Source of the DNA: Candidatus Omnitrophota bacterium
Lineage (GTDB): Bacteria; Omnitrophota; Gorgyraeia; Zapsychrales; Zapsychraceae
Assembly: GCA_035292445.1 (NCBI GenBank)
Contig: DATDQB010000001.1
Span: forward strand, 71,530-135,529
Length of the DNA: 64,000 bases
Direction of reading: 5' to 3'
A program made the translations under genes and the position numbers. This document shows, piece after piece, positions 10,211 to 18,506 of this stretch (positions are counted from its first letter, which is position 1; each line of letters opens with the position of its first letter). A model generated the notes under the pieces. That model made no database searches. It was not told the origin of the DNA and saw nothing but the letters and a program-made list of their open reading frames with translations.

Positions 10211-12336
10211 TGAGGCTTTGAGCTTAATTCGGCTTCGGCTTGTTTCTTGCTTAGATTCATCCTTTTCATTTGATCAATTTCAACCAATTTAACCTTGAAC
10301 GTATCACCGACTTTAACAACACTGTTCACATCTTTAACGTACTGGTCGGACAATTCGGAAACATGGACCAGCCCCTGCCTGCCGGGCAGGAATTCACAAA
10401 AAGCGCCGAAGTTGGCGACCTTCATAACGGTCGCGTCATAAATCCTGCCGACGATTGGCTCCTCGGCAAAACCCTGAACGTATTTTAACGCCCTCTCAGC
10501 CGCGTCTTTATCTATGGCAGAGATGAAAACCATTCCATCGTCTTCGATATCGATGGATTCGGCTCCCGTTTGCTCCATGATCTTCTTGATCGTCTTTCCT
10601 CCCGGGCCGATAACTTCCCCGATCTTCTCGACCGGAATCCGCACCGTCAAAATACGCGGGGCGTACTGGGAGATCTCAGGCTTAGGCTCAGCGATAACCG
10701 CTTTCATGTTATCCAAAATCTTAAGCCGCGCCTCCTTGGCCTGCTGAATGCCTTCTGAGAGGATCTTAATGGAAACTCCCTTGATTTTCAGATCCAGCTG
10801 AATGGCGGTGACGCCATTTTTTGAGCCGGCAATCTTAAAATCCATATCGCCAAAATGATCTTCCAATCCCATAATATCCGTCAATAAAGAATATTGGCTC
10901 GGCTTCTTCCCTACGATCAAACCAATGGAAATCCCGGCAACCGGGCTGGTAATGGGTACACCGGCGTCCATCAAACTCAAACACCCGGCGCATACCGAGG
11001 CCATGCTGGATGAACCGTTGGATTCTAAGATTTCGGAAACGACACGCACGGTATAAGGAAAATCTTCTTTTTTGGGAAGCACTCCCTTAAGGGCCTTGGC
11101 GGCTAATGCCCCGTGGCCGATTTCCCGGCGGCCCGGGCCGCGTGAAGGCCTGGCTTCGCCCACACTAAAGGCGGGGAAATTGTAATGGAGCATGAAATTG
11201 TGGTAATCCACCCCTTCCAATGATTCGACCAACAACTCATCGCGTTTGGTGCCCAGAGTGACAACGGCCAGACTCTGCGTTTGCCCGCGCGTGAACAGGC
11301 TGGAGCCGTGGGTGCGGGGAAGAATGCTGATTTCAGAACTGACCGGGCGAATATCTTTAGGGCCTCGGCCGTCGGCGCGCAAATGCTTTTCAAAAACCAT
11401 ATCGCGCACGATATCATATTCGATCTGGTCAAACATGGTCTTGATGTGCGCCTCGCTGACGTCGCGTTCGCCGACCTTAAATTCCTCAAACACGCTCATG
11501 TCGCTTAACACTTCTTCCACCAATTCGTGCAGCGCGTTCTCCCGCTCTGTCTTATCTTCAATCTGGTAAATTTCCGTAAGGCGGTCCGAAACCAACTCGG
11601 CGATCTTTCCCTTAAGGCCTGGATGAGGTTGGAATAATTCGACTTCGACCTTTTCCTTTCCGGCTTTTTCGCGGAATTTCTTCTGCTGTTCGATAAGCGG
11701 CTGGATGTGCTTGTGGGCAAGCTCCAATGCCTCGACAATCTTGACTTCAGGGACTTCTTTGGACTCCCCTTCGATCATCACAATATTTTCATTGAGGCCC
11801 ACGACGACCAAATCCATCTGGCATTGTTCTCGCTGGGCATAGGTAGGATTAAGGATGAATTCATCGTTGAGTAACCCAATGCGCACCGCTCCTATGGGAC
11901 CGTCAAAAGGAATGTCCGAAATGTGCAACGCGGCGGAAGCCCCTATAATTGCCAAAATATCAGGATCATTTTCGCCATCACTGCTGAGGACGGTTGCCGT
12001 AACAACCAATTCTGTCAAGAATCCTTCTGGGAATAAAGGCCTGATAGGCCTGTCAATGACACGGGAGGTCAGGATTTCTTTTTGGGTAGGGCGGCCTTCA
12101 CGCTTAAAGAATCCTCCGGGGATGCGGCCGGCGGCATAGGTCTTCTCATAATATTCGACCGTTAGCGGGAAAAACTCAGCATTCTCTTTGGCCTTTTTGG
12201 CCATACAGGCCGCGACCAAAACGGTGGTACCGCCGCAGCTGACAGTCACCGATCCGTTGGCCTGCTTGGCTAACTTTCCGGATTCTAAAATAAGCTGTTG
12301 GGCTCCAAAAGGTATTTCAATATGGACTGATTTCAT
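10207..12336 (-). CDS. pnp: Polyribonucleotide nucleotidyltransferase
   Basis: RIPGGFFKREGRP, RREIGHG, ESNGSSSMAS, GDMDFK, KH and S1 domains. Start moved to ATG 12336, which follows an AGGAG SD. Confidence 0.97.
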   Translation of the reverse strand: MKSVHIEIPFGAQQLILESGKLAKQANGSVTVSCGGTTVLVAACMAKKAKENAEFFPLTVEYYEKTYAAGRIPGGFFKREGRPTQKEILTSRVIDRPIRPLFPEGFLTELVVTATVLSSDGENDPDILAIIGASAALHISDIPFDGPIGAVRIGLLNDEFILNPTYAQREQCQMDLVVVGLNENIVMIEGESKEVPEVKIVEALELAHKHIQPLIEQQKKFREKAGKEKVEVELFQPHPGLKGKIAELVSDRLTEIYQIEDKTERENALHELVEEVLSDMSVFEEFKVGERDVSEAHIKTMFDQIEYDIVRDMVFEKHLRADGRGPKDIRPVSSEISILPRTHGSSLFTRGQTQSLAVVTLGTKRDELLVESLEGVDYHNFMLHYNFPAFSVGEARPSRGPGRREIGHGALAAKALKGVLPKKEDFPYTVRVVSEILESNGSSSMASVCAGCLSLMDAGVPITSPVAGISIGLIVGKKPSQYSLLTDIMGLEDHFGDMDFKIAGSKNGVTAIQLDLKIKGVSIKILSEGIQQAKEARLKILDNMKAVIAEPKPEISQYAPRILTVRIPVEKIGEVIGPGGKTIKKIMEQTGAESIDIEDDGMVFISAIDKDAAERALKYVQGFAEEPIVGRIYDATVMKVANFGAFCEFLPGRQGLVHVSELSDQYVKDVNSVVKVGDTFKVKLVEIDQMKRMNLSKKQAEAELSSKPQ

Positions 12337-12349
12337 AGCTGTCTCCTGA

Positions 12350-12619
12350 CTATTTGCGAAGATCAAGTTTATTGATCGTCTCTTGATATTTTTTAGGGTC
12401 TGTCTTTTGGAGGTAGGAAAGTAAACGCCTGCGTTTACCGATCATCATCAGGAGCCCGCGCCGGGAATGAAAGTCCTTTTTATGGGCCTTGAAATGCTCC
12501 GTAAGATAGTTAATCCTTTCCGTCAAAAGAGCGATTTGGACAACGGACGAGCCGGTGTCCTTGGGGTGTATCTTGAAATTCTCGATGACCTGCGTTTTCT
12601 TGGATTGAATTAATACCAC
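12350..12619 (-). CDS. rpsO: 30S ribosomal protein S15
   Basis: [22 protein letters not shown]...[11 protein letters not shown]; canonical rpsO-pnp order; GTG start with AAGGAG. Confidence 0.97.
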   Translation of the reverse strand: MVLIQSKKTQVIENFKIHPKDTGSSVVQIALLTERINYLTEHFKAHKKDFHSRRGLLMMIGKRRRLLSYLQKTDPKKYQETINKLDLRK

Positions 12620-12745
12620 TTTTTCTTCTCCTTTTTTCTTTTTCTGCCAGTGGGATTATCATAACCGCTTCATGCGAAAGAAGTTTCAACATGAGGCAGT
12701 CCCGGTTAGCCTCTAACCGACCGATATCCCTCAGCTAAGGGTCGC
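12620..12745 (-). promoter_or_regulatory. Structured rpsO 5' leader, candidate S15 autoregulatory RNA
   Basis: About 120 nt with several hairpins (CCCTTA/TGAGGG, CGGTTAG/CTAACCG, TCATG/CATGA closed by CTGCC/GGCAG) between the promoter and the rpsO SD. Confidence 0.5.
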
Positions 12746-12774
12746 ATTATACTATTACTATATATTATAGTCAA
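12746..12774 (-). promoter_or_regulatory. Sigma70 promoter of rpsO-pnp
   Basis: TTGACT-17 nt-TATAAT on the minus strand. Confidence 0.75.
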
Positions 12775-12821
12775 GATATTAAAGTTACGGCGCCTTTGAA
12801 TTTATTGTTTTCTTCCCTATA

Positions 12822-13790
12822 TCATGGTTTTAAAGGCAGTAGATTATCCCTGGAGAAATTCCCGCCATTTTTGGGCTTGCTTTCATTAAGCGTCTGCCCC
12901 TGCCGCAGTTTCTCATACAATTTTAAGTAGTTCTGTGTCATATGTTTAACCGTAAACTGGCGGCACACATACTCATGGCAGCGTTTGGGATCGAAGCGAT
13001 GAAGATTTCTGACAGCCTCCATCATTTCGTTGACCGATAAGCTTAAAAAGCCGACTTCTTTGGGCACCAACTCCGGCAAAGAGCCGTAAGGGCTTCCTAT
13101 CACGGGGCAGCCGAAATAGAGGGCCTCAATAATCGCGATCCCAAAGGGCTCATGCCAACGTACCGGGAAAAGAAGCGCCTTTGATTGCTGGAGGGCTTTA
13201 TTTTTCTGTTCTCCAGCGAGAAAATCCATATAGCGGGCCCACGGCCGCCGGCGGTACCATTTATCTTTACCGCCCACCACCGCCAGAATACTTTTGGTCT
13301 GGCGGGCTATCCTCAAGCAGTCTTTTAGGTTCTTCTCCGGGCGTTTGGCGTATCCCAAAAAAAGCAAGTAAGGGCGCTGCGCCTCAAAATCGACGGGGCC
13401 GTACTCCTGCGGATCGATGCCATTATAAACAAACGTACTCGAGGCGTTGCGCCGCGCCTGGTCCTTGGAAACAAAGACCGTGTTGATATCGAACTCGCTG
13501 TCGGGATGAAAATTGTATTGGTGCATCATCAGATACGGTTTTTTGATTTTCTCCTTCGACTGAAAGCATAAATGGACAACATCGGTATCATCCGGGATTT
13601 GATCATTCACAAATTTTTGGGGGTCATAAATTTGGACTTTAGCAAAAGGACAATGCGACCCCTCCCCCGCCAAATAGCACACCTCATGGCCCAGGCGCAC
13701 CAATTCTTTTCCCAGCCACCAAATGATCCGCTCCACCCCGCCATAGTCTTTAACAGGAATCGCCGTGTTATTAACAATCAGTATCTTCAT
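12822..13790 (-). CDS. GT4 (GT-B) glycosyltransferase
   Basis: YGGVERII, VYNGID, EPFGIAIIEALYFGCPVI motifs. Confidence 0.9.
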   Translation of the reverse strand: MKILIVNNTAIPVKDYGGVERIIWWLGKELVRLGHEVCYLAGEGSHCPFAKVQIYDPQKFVNDQIPDDTDVVHLCFQSKEKIKKPYLMMHQYNFHPDSEFDINTVFVSKDQARRNASSTFVYNGIDPQEYGPVDFEAQRPYLLFLGYAKRPEKNLKDCLRIARQTKSILAVVGGKDKWYRRRPWARYMDFLAGEQKNKALQQSKALLFPVRWHEPFGIAIIEALYFGCPVIGSPYGSLPELVPKEVGFLSLSVNEMMEAVRNLHRFDPKRCHEYVCRQFTVKHMTQNYLKLYEKLRQGQTLNESKPKNGGNFSRDNLLPLKP

Positions 13791-14266
13791 TCTTGGGGAG
13801 TTGCCGGTTCCGCGGAGGATACTTCAACCGTCTTGATTTTATTAGGATCGATACTCTTAAGGACGTCGGAATCGATGTGGGAAGAACCTAAAAGTGTTTG
13901 GGCCATTTGAAGGAGCATCATGAGTTCCTCCTTATCTCCTTCGATATAATATTGGGGCCAACGGGTCTGCTCAATAACGCCACGCAATTCTTCTTCGGTA
14001 AAACCCTTCAACCGCTGTGCAATAACCTCCTCCCAGACCAGACGAAAGAGATGCTCTTTATCGGAGGCTTTCTCGACGGCCTCTTGAATGACCGATTTAA
14101 GCTGTTTTAATTGATAAAAACGGAGAGAATCGATCTTCTTCCCACCGACATAAATCTCGATCTCTTTGGGAGTGCCGCGTCCGCTCTTCGCCTCATCGGC
14201 ATAGGAGGGCCCTGCAAAAAGCAACACAAAAACAGAAAAAAGATAAAAACGCCTATATTTAATTAT
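13787..14266 (-). CDS. Hypothetical exported protein; start uncertain (GTG 14227 or ATA/ATT 14266/14263)
   Basis: In-frame extension gives a complete signal peptide IKYRRFYLFSVFVLLFAGPSYA; stop overlaps the GT4 start (ATGA). Confidence 0.6.
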   Translation of the reverse strand: MIKYRRFYLFSVFVLLFAGPSYADEAKSGRGTPKEIEIYVGGKKIDSLRFYQLKQLKSVIQEAVEKASDKEHLFRLVWEEVIAQRLKGFTEEELRGVIEQTRWPQYYIEGDKEELMMLLQMAQTLLGSSHIDSDVLKSIDPNKIKTVEVSSAEPATPQE

Positions 14267-14280
14267 TGGGAAGCCTTTGA

Positions 14281-14598
14281 TTATTCAGTTCTTTTGATCA
14301 AGACCCTTACCGCCCTTTGGTCTTTTTCCAATTTTTCGACATCTCCGACTAATTTCTTTAATTGAGCAGCCGGCCTTTTGGTCTTATGGGATCTTACATA
14401 TTCCTTACCGATATCATGATACAATCGTTCAATTTTCAGGCTCATGGCCGTTGCATCCAAATGCAACTTCCCCTTTCTTGAGAACTTAACGACCTCTTCC
14501 TCCCCTTTTTTGGCCAAGACAACCGCCTCTTGACTGAATTTCTGTAATTGTTTTTTAGTTTTTTCCCATTCCTTTTTGAAATCAAACTGTCTATTCAT
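14281..14598 (-). CDS. Hypothetical basic helical/coiled-coil protein
   Basis: GGAGG SD 6 nt before ATG; about 105 aa, helical, LYHDIGKEY motif; no family recognised. Confidence 0.7.
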   Translation of the reverse strand: MNRQFDFKKEWEKTKKQLQKFSQEAVVLAKKGEEEVVKFSRKGKLHLDATAMSLKIERLYHDIGKEYVRSHKTKRPAAQLKKLVGDVEKLEKDQRAVRVLIKRTE

Positions 14599-14756
14599 CA
14601 CCAGCCTCCTCTATGCCTTTTGATTATTGGTATACTCCTAATTAGTGTCCATTATATCAATCTCTCGACAATCTGCGCAACATCTAAATTGGAAGTTATG
14701 TGATTATCGAAAAGGCTGTTGAAGGGCTTGCGTGTTCATTCTATAATAAAGGCATC

Positions 14757-14990
14757 ATGAAAGACGCGATTATTCTTTCCTTACTGTTTTGTGCCGTGGC
14801 TGTGCTTCTGTTTTTTGGGGCCGTTTTTCTGTTCAAAAAGTCCATCAAGTCCACCCCCAAGATCGAAAGCAACGAAGAATACCAACAGATGATGACCGAT
14901 CAGCGCTGGCGCATGCAGGATATCCAACAAAGGCAGAAAGATTCCATGCGGGACCAACAGCAAAGAATCCGCGATCTGCAGCGGCGTTAA
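14757..14990 (+). CDS. Small membrane-anchored protein with Gln/Arg/Met-rich coiled coil
   Basis: MKDAIILSLLFCAVAVLLFFGAVFLF TM followed by a QQRQKDSMRDQQQR coil; TATAAT 9 nt upstream of ATG. Confidence 0.65.
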   Translation: MKDAIILSLLFCAVAVLLFFGAVFLFKKSIKSTPKIESNEEYQQMMTDQRWRMQDIQQRQKDSMRDQQQRIRDLQRR

Positions 14991-15008
14991 TAGATTTTCC
15001 TGTTCTGT

Positions 15009-15455
15009 CTAAGTGTGCTCGGTGGCGGCCAAAATCCGGCGGGTCATTTCTTCTTCATAAAGCCGGCGGATCGCATCCAGTTCTTTTTTACCAAGAAAAA
15101 CGACGATAGCCTTTTCAAGTGCGCCAAAACGGTTCTTCAGGTATTGATACTGCGGGTCTAAGCGGGTGCGCTTCCCATCAAGGAATTTCTTTTTAAGAAC
15201 ATTTCTCCTCTTCTCTTCCATATATTCCTCAAACTGACCCACTAACATGCGATACGGCTGGGCATTAGCGCCACTTTTATAATCCGCCGTTTTCTTCAAG
15301 CTATCTAAAACAAACGCATCGACTTCCAATTGGGTAAAATAACGGTCGATGTGGTCTAAATCTTCCTTGGTCATTTTATAGCACCAGATAAGGTAGCGTC
15401 GGATCAAATCCTTTTCTCTTTGGGGCTTTACTCTTGATTTCGCCATAGAAGACAT
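15009..15455 (-). CDS. Hypothetical cytoplasmic protein
   Basis: About 148 aa with a RRYLIWCYK motif; ATG overlaps the pilin stop (TAATG). Confidence 0.7.
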   Translation of the reverse strand: MSSMAKSRVKPQREKDLIRRYLIWCYKMTKEDLDHIDRYFTQLEVDAFVLDSLKKTADYKSGANAQPYRMLVGQFEEYMEEKRRNVLKKKFLDGKRTRLDPQYQYLKNRFGALEKAIVVFLGKKELDAIRRLYEEEMTRRILAATEHT

Positions 15456-15628
15456 TACCAAGTGCTATTGACGATATTTTCCAGACCAGTGATGGAAAGA
15501 TCAAGCGACTGGTCAATCGACTGGGTCAGGAATCCGCCGGGGGCTAGCGCCGCCCAAATAGCCAAAATGACACAGACAAATAAGAGAATATACTCGATGG
15601 CGTTCTGTCCTTTTCTATTTTGCAGCAT
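15455..15628 (-). CDS. Flp/class III signal peptide pilin-like protein
   Basis: MLQNRKG|QNAIEYILL: basic leader, Gly(-1), Glu(+5)-Tyr, hydrophobic helix; 57 aa; GAGG SD. Confidence 0.8.
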   Translation of the reverse strand: MLQNRKGQNAIEYILLFVCVILAIWAALAPGGFLTQSIDQSLDLSITGLENIVNSTW

Positions 15629-15692
15629 GATATCACAACCTCTCGTCACACATTAAAACTATAACACATCGGCTTTTGATCGCCTAACTTTT

Positions 15693-16115
15693 TTATGACA
15701 GAAGGAACACCTCATCCCCTTCTTTGGCTTTTTTATCGACCTTTAAACCGACCAACTGCCCCTTCCTGGCTGCCGGCACATCAACGCTTTCGATTTGAAT
15801 GGAACGGATTTTCTGTTTAAAATTTGTCGTTTTTCCTTTGATATGAACCTGGTTCCCTACCCTCAACGGGCCTTTAAGTTTAACAACCACCACCTGAATA
15901 CGGGAAAAGAAATGAGTGACCTTGCCCACACACACAGGCTTAGGTTGCACCTCCGAAACCTTCTTTGGTCTCTTGGTTATCCTTTTACTTTTGGAAGCAG
16001 CTTTTTTTGGGCGAGCAGTATTTTTACGCTTTGACTTTCTTTTTCGCCTTAAACCTTTTTGCTTTTTCTTAAGATATTTGATAGTGGCTGAAAGAAGATG
16101 ATCCAATATCGGCAT
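15693..16115 (-). CDS. Stand-alone translation-factor-like beta-barrel (EF-Tu domain II / U32 C-terminal-like) with Lys-rich N-terminus
   Basis: VGKVTHFFSRIQVVVVKL..LRVGNQVHIKG..QKIRSIQIE..ARKGQLVGLKV..KEGDEVF pattern. Confidence 0.75.
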   Translation of the reverse strand: MPILDHLLSATIKYLKKKQKGLRRKRKSKRKNTARPKKAASKSKRITKRPKKVSEVQPKPVCVGKVTHFFSRIQVVVVKLKGPLRVGNQVHIKGKTTNFKQKIRSIQIESVDVPAARKGQLVGLKVDKKAKEGDEVFLLS

Positions 16116-16138
16116 GGGAGGCCTGGTTAAGGGTAAGT

Positions 16139-16465
16139 TTATAAAGTGATTTTATCGGCTATATCGGCAATGATCGGCAACCGGACGTACTCGCTCTGCA
16201 ATACCTTGATGATGCCAACCAAAGAAAAAATACCCGCAATAAACATGCCCAACCTTAAAAACCATTGCCCCAGGATGATATGGACGATGAAAACGCCCAC
16301 TTCCCCCACAAAAAGGACAAGGCCTTGTTTGCCGTGGCTCAAGACAAACGGGTTTTCCTTCTTTAAAACGAGGGGAAGGATACAAAAGATGGAAAGATAG
16401 GAAAGGATGGCGAAAACCTTTCCTTCGATAATCTGTGAATCCTCACTCGCTCGCCTTCTGTTCAT
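16139..16465 (-). CDS. Small membrane protein, DUF4870/Tic20-like
   Basis: AILSYL..ILPLVLKKENPFVLSHGKQGL..LPII signature; three hydrophobic segments. Confidence 0.8.
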   Translation of the reverse strand: MNRRRASEDSQIIEGKVFAILSYLSIFCILPLVLKKENPFVLSHGKQGLVLFVGEVGVFIVHIILGQWFLRLGMFIAGIFSLVGIIKVLQSEYVRLPIIADIADKITL

Positions 16466-17615
16466 TGCCCATGACCTCGATCAGCGAGTTGATATCACCG
16501 AAAGAATTGCGTTCTTTTTGGGGGTTATTGGGGTCTTCTTTCCAGACCCCGTCGATGATAAACTGGTATTTATAGACGCCGGGTTTAAGAGGCATGTCGA
16601 TTTCCCAGCGGCCGGATTCTTTGGCTTCCTTTAACCGGCAAGATTCATCCAGCGCCCAGTCGTTAAAACTTCCGGTGACATAAGCGGACTTTGCCCCGGG
16701 GGCTTCGATAAAGAAGCGTATGGGGATAAGGGACTCCGCCTCTTTCTTGATCAGCTTCTCCATTTTGGGGGAGAACTGGTGCGCCGCTTCTTTTTCTTTC
16801 GCAGTCTTTACTTCTTTAAATGCCTGCTCTTCCTCAAGCGTTGCTTGACCCTCCTCTTTCTTCTCGAGAAAAAGGATCTCTTTGGCCAACGTGAAATAAT
16901 CTTTTGAACCCCGGCAATACTTATCATAGGAAGAAACGGGTTTCCCCATGACAGCTGCTTCTTTCAATTTGACATTAATATGCACGATTGTATCAAATAA
17001 CATATTCTTAAACCGTTCTTTAATTTTGGAAAGCATGGAAAAAGAATGGCGCAACCTGGAATCAAACATGGTCACCAAAACACGGCATTTGACTTCATGA
17101 TTAAGCCTATCGCGCACGAGATTGACGATGTCCAGCAGATGCTCCACCCCCTGCATGGAAAAACGGCTCATTTCGACCGGAACAAGGATCTCCTGGCTGA
17201 CGCGGATCGCGTTGACCGTGAGGATCCCCAAACTCGGCGGGCAATCGATCAAGATATAGTCATATTGGTCTTTGATATTCTGGAAAACAGAAACCAGTTT
17301 GAGCTCCCGGCCGATCTCATCGGAGAGCTCCTGCTCCAGCGTACCTACCAGAATGTTCGAAGGGACCACATCAAATTTATTTTCAATGCGTTTGATGATA
17401 TTCTCGATCTTGAGCTTGCGGGGAGTGAGATTGGAAATAACATTGTAAATGCTGTCTTGGCTTTCGATATCCAACCCCAAAGAAGCGTGAGCCTGAGGGT
17501 CCAAATCCACCAAAAGCACCTTTTTATCGTTTTCGCTTAAGGCCGCCGCCAGGTTGATCGCGGTCGTTGTTTTGCCGCAACCCCCCTTCTGATTGGCTAT
17601 TGATATGACTTTCAT
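16443..17615 (-). CDS. ParA/Soj-family ATPase fused to C-terminal CBM48 (AMPK-beta-like glycogen-binding) domain
   Basis: NQKGGCGKTT deviant Walker A, DLDPQ, IDCPPSLG; charged linker; GSFNDW..W..YKYQFIIDGVWKEDPNNP..FGDINS CBM48 signature. Confidence 0.9.
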   Translation of the reverse strand: MKVISIANQKGGCGKTTTAINLAAALSENDKKVLLVDLDPQAHASLGLDIESQDSIYNVISNLTPRKLKIENIIKRIENKFDVVPSNILVGTLEQELSDEIGRELKLVSVFQNIKDQYDYILIDCPPSLGILTVNAIRVSQEILVPVEMSRFSMQGVEHLLDIVNLVRDRLNHEVKCRVLVTMFDSRLRHSFSMLSKIKERFKNMLFDTIVHINVKLKEAAVMGKPVSSYDKYCRGSKDYFTLAKEILFLEKKEEGQATLEEEQAFKEVKTAKEKEAAHQFSPKMEKLIKKEAESLIPIRFFIEAPGAKSAYVTGSFNDWALDESCRLKEAKESGRWEIDMPLKPGVYKYQFIIDGVWKEDPNNPQKERNSFGDINSLIEVMGNEQKASE

Positions 17616-17642
17616 GGTCCGTTCTCTTTAGAATAAATTTGA

Positions 17643-18230
17643 TTAACCGGATTGGGCGCTGGAAAACCGCACATGGTCGATCAAAACAACGCCTTTTTCC
17701 TTATTCACGTTCCACGATTCAAGGATAAAGGAGATGTCTTTGAGATTCGACCAATCCGAAATTTGTTTAAATTCGGCCAGTGGAATGGCAAATTCCTTCC
17801 AATTGTAACTGATGCCTTGCACATAATACGAGGCCATTTCATTCTTATCATTTTGAATAACGACTTTGACGATTCCCGGGTTGCCTTCCTCTTTGGCACG
17901 GATGGAAAACTGCAGCCAGCCGTATTGGGCGGCATCTATCTCGGGAACGGTTAAGGCGATCGTTTTGACCGGGGCGATGTCTTTCTTGAAATCATACGGC
18001 AGGAAAATGCGCCCGCTGTGCAAGGAATAGATGATTTTGCTCTCGAAAAACGAGGTTCGTTGCTTCAAAAAGGCCGTCAACCCGTAAAAAGCGCTGGCAA
18101 AGATGATGACGGTAATGAGTAAATTGATCAAAAGCCAGGCATTGAACTCGGACTTCGTTTTTTGATCGGCCTTTTTGCGCTTGCCCAGATACACTTGGGC
18201 CAGGTGGTCGTAAATTTCGTCTCTTGTCAT
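17643..18230 (-). CDS. Single-pass membrane protein with CBM11/CIA30-like carbohydrate-binding jelly-roll domain
   Basis: Short N-terminal segment, TM, then QYGWLQFSIR..WKEFAIPLAEF..DWSNLKDISF..GVVLIDHVRF pattern of galactose-binding-like domains. Confidence 0.7.
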   Translation of the reverse strand: MTRDEIYDHLAQVYLGKRKKADQKTKSEFNAWLLINLLITVIIFASAFYGLTAFLKQRTSFFESKIIYSLHSGRIFLPYDFKKDIAPVKTIALTVPEIDAAQYGWLQFSIRAKEEGNPGIVKVVIQNDKNEMASYYVQGISYNWKEFAIPLAEFKQISDWSNLKDISFILESWNVNKEKGVVLIDHVRFSSAQSG

Positions 18231-18444
18231 ATATATAAAAGTTATTCAATCGTTAAGAAATAATCTGCCCACCGAAAGGTGATAAGATAAATTTTATATT
18301 AACAAATAATACTAGAATTGGAAATAGAATTTATACTTTTTATATATATATTTCAAAATATTGTCGACGAGAATGGTCAAAAATCAAAAAGGCGGGTAAA
18401 CAGTTGTCTCAATTCATTCTTAATTAGCTCATTTAAGCGCCCAT

Positions 18445-18481
18445 AAAAAAGCCCCTGCTACTTTTTTCAAGTAGCAGGGGC
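18445..18481 (-). terminator. Rho-independent terminator of the beta-barrel gene
   Basis: GCCCCTGCTACTT/AAGTAGCAGGGGC 13-bp stem followed by T6 on the minus strand. Confidence 0.9.
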
Positions 18482-18506
18482 AAAGAACGTTAACTTTTGA
18501 CTTTGA

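Noticed and set aside
18231-18444. AT-rich spacer with a TATATATA run, considered as a replication origin or parS region for the ParA fusion
   Set aside because: No DnaA-box cluster or parS-like palindrome found by eye; consistent with an ordinary promoter region.
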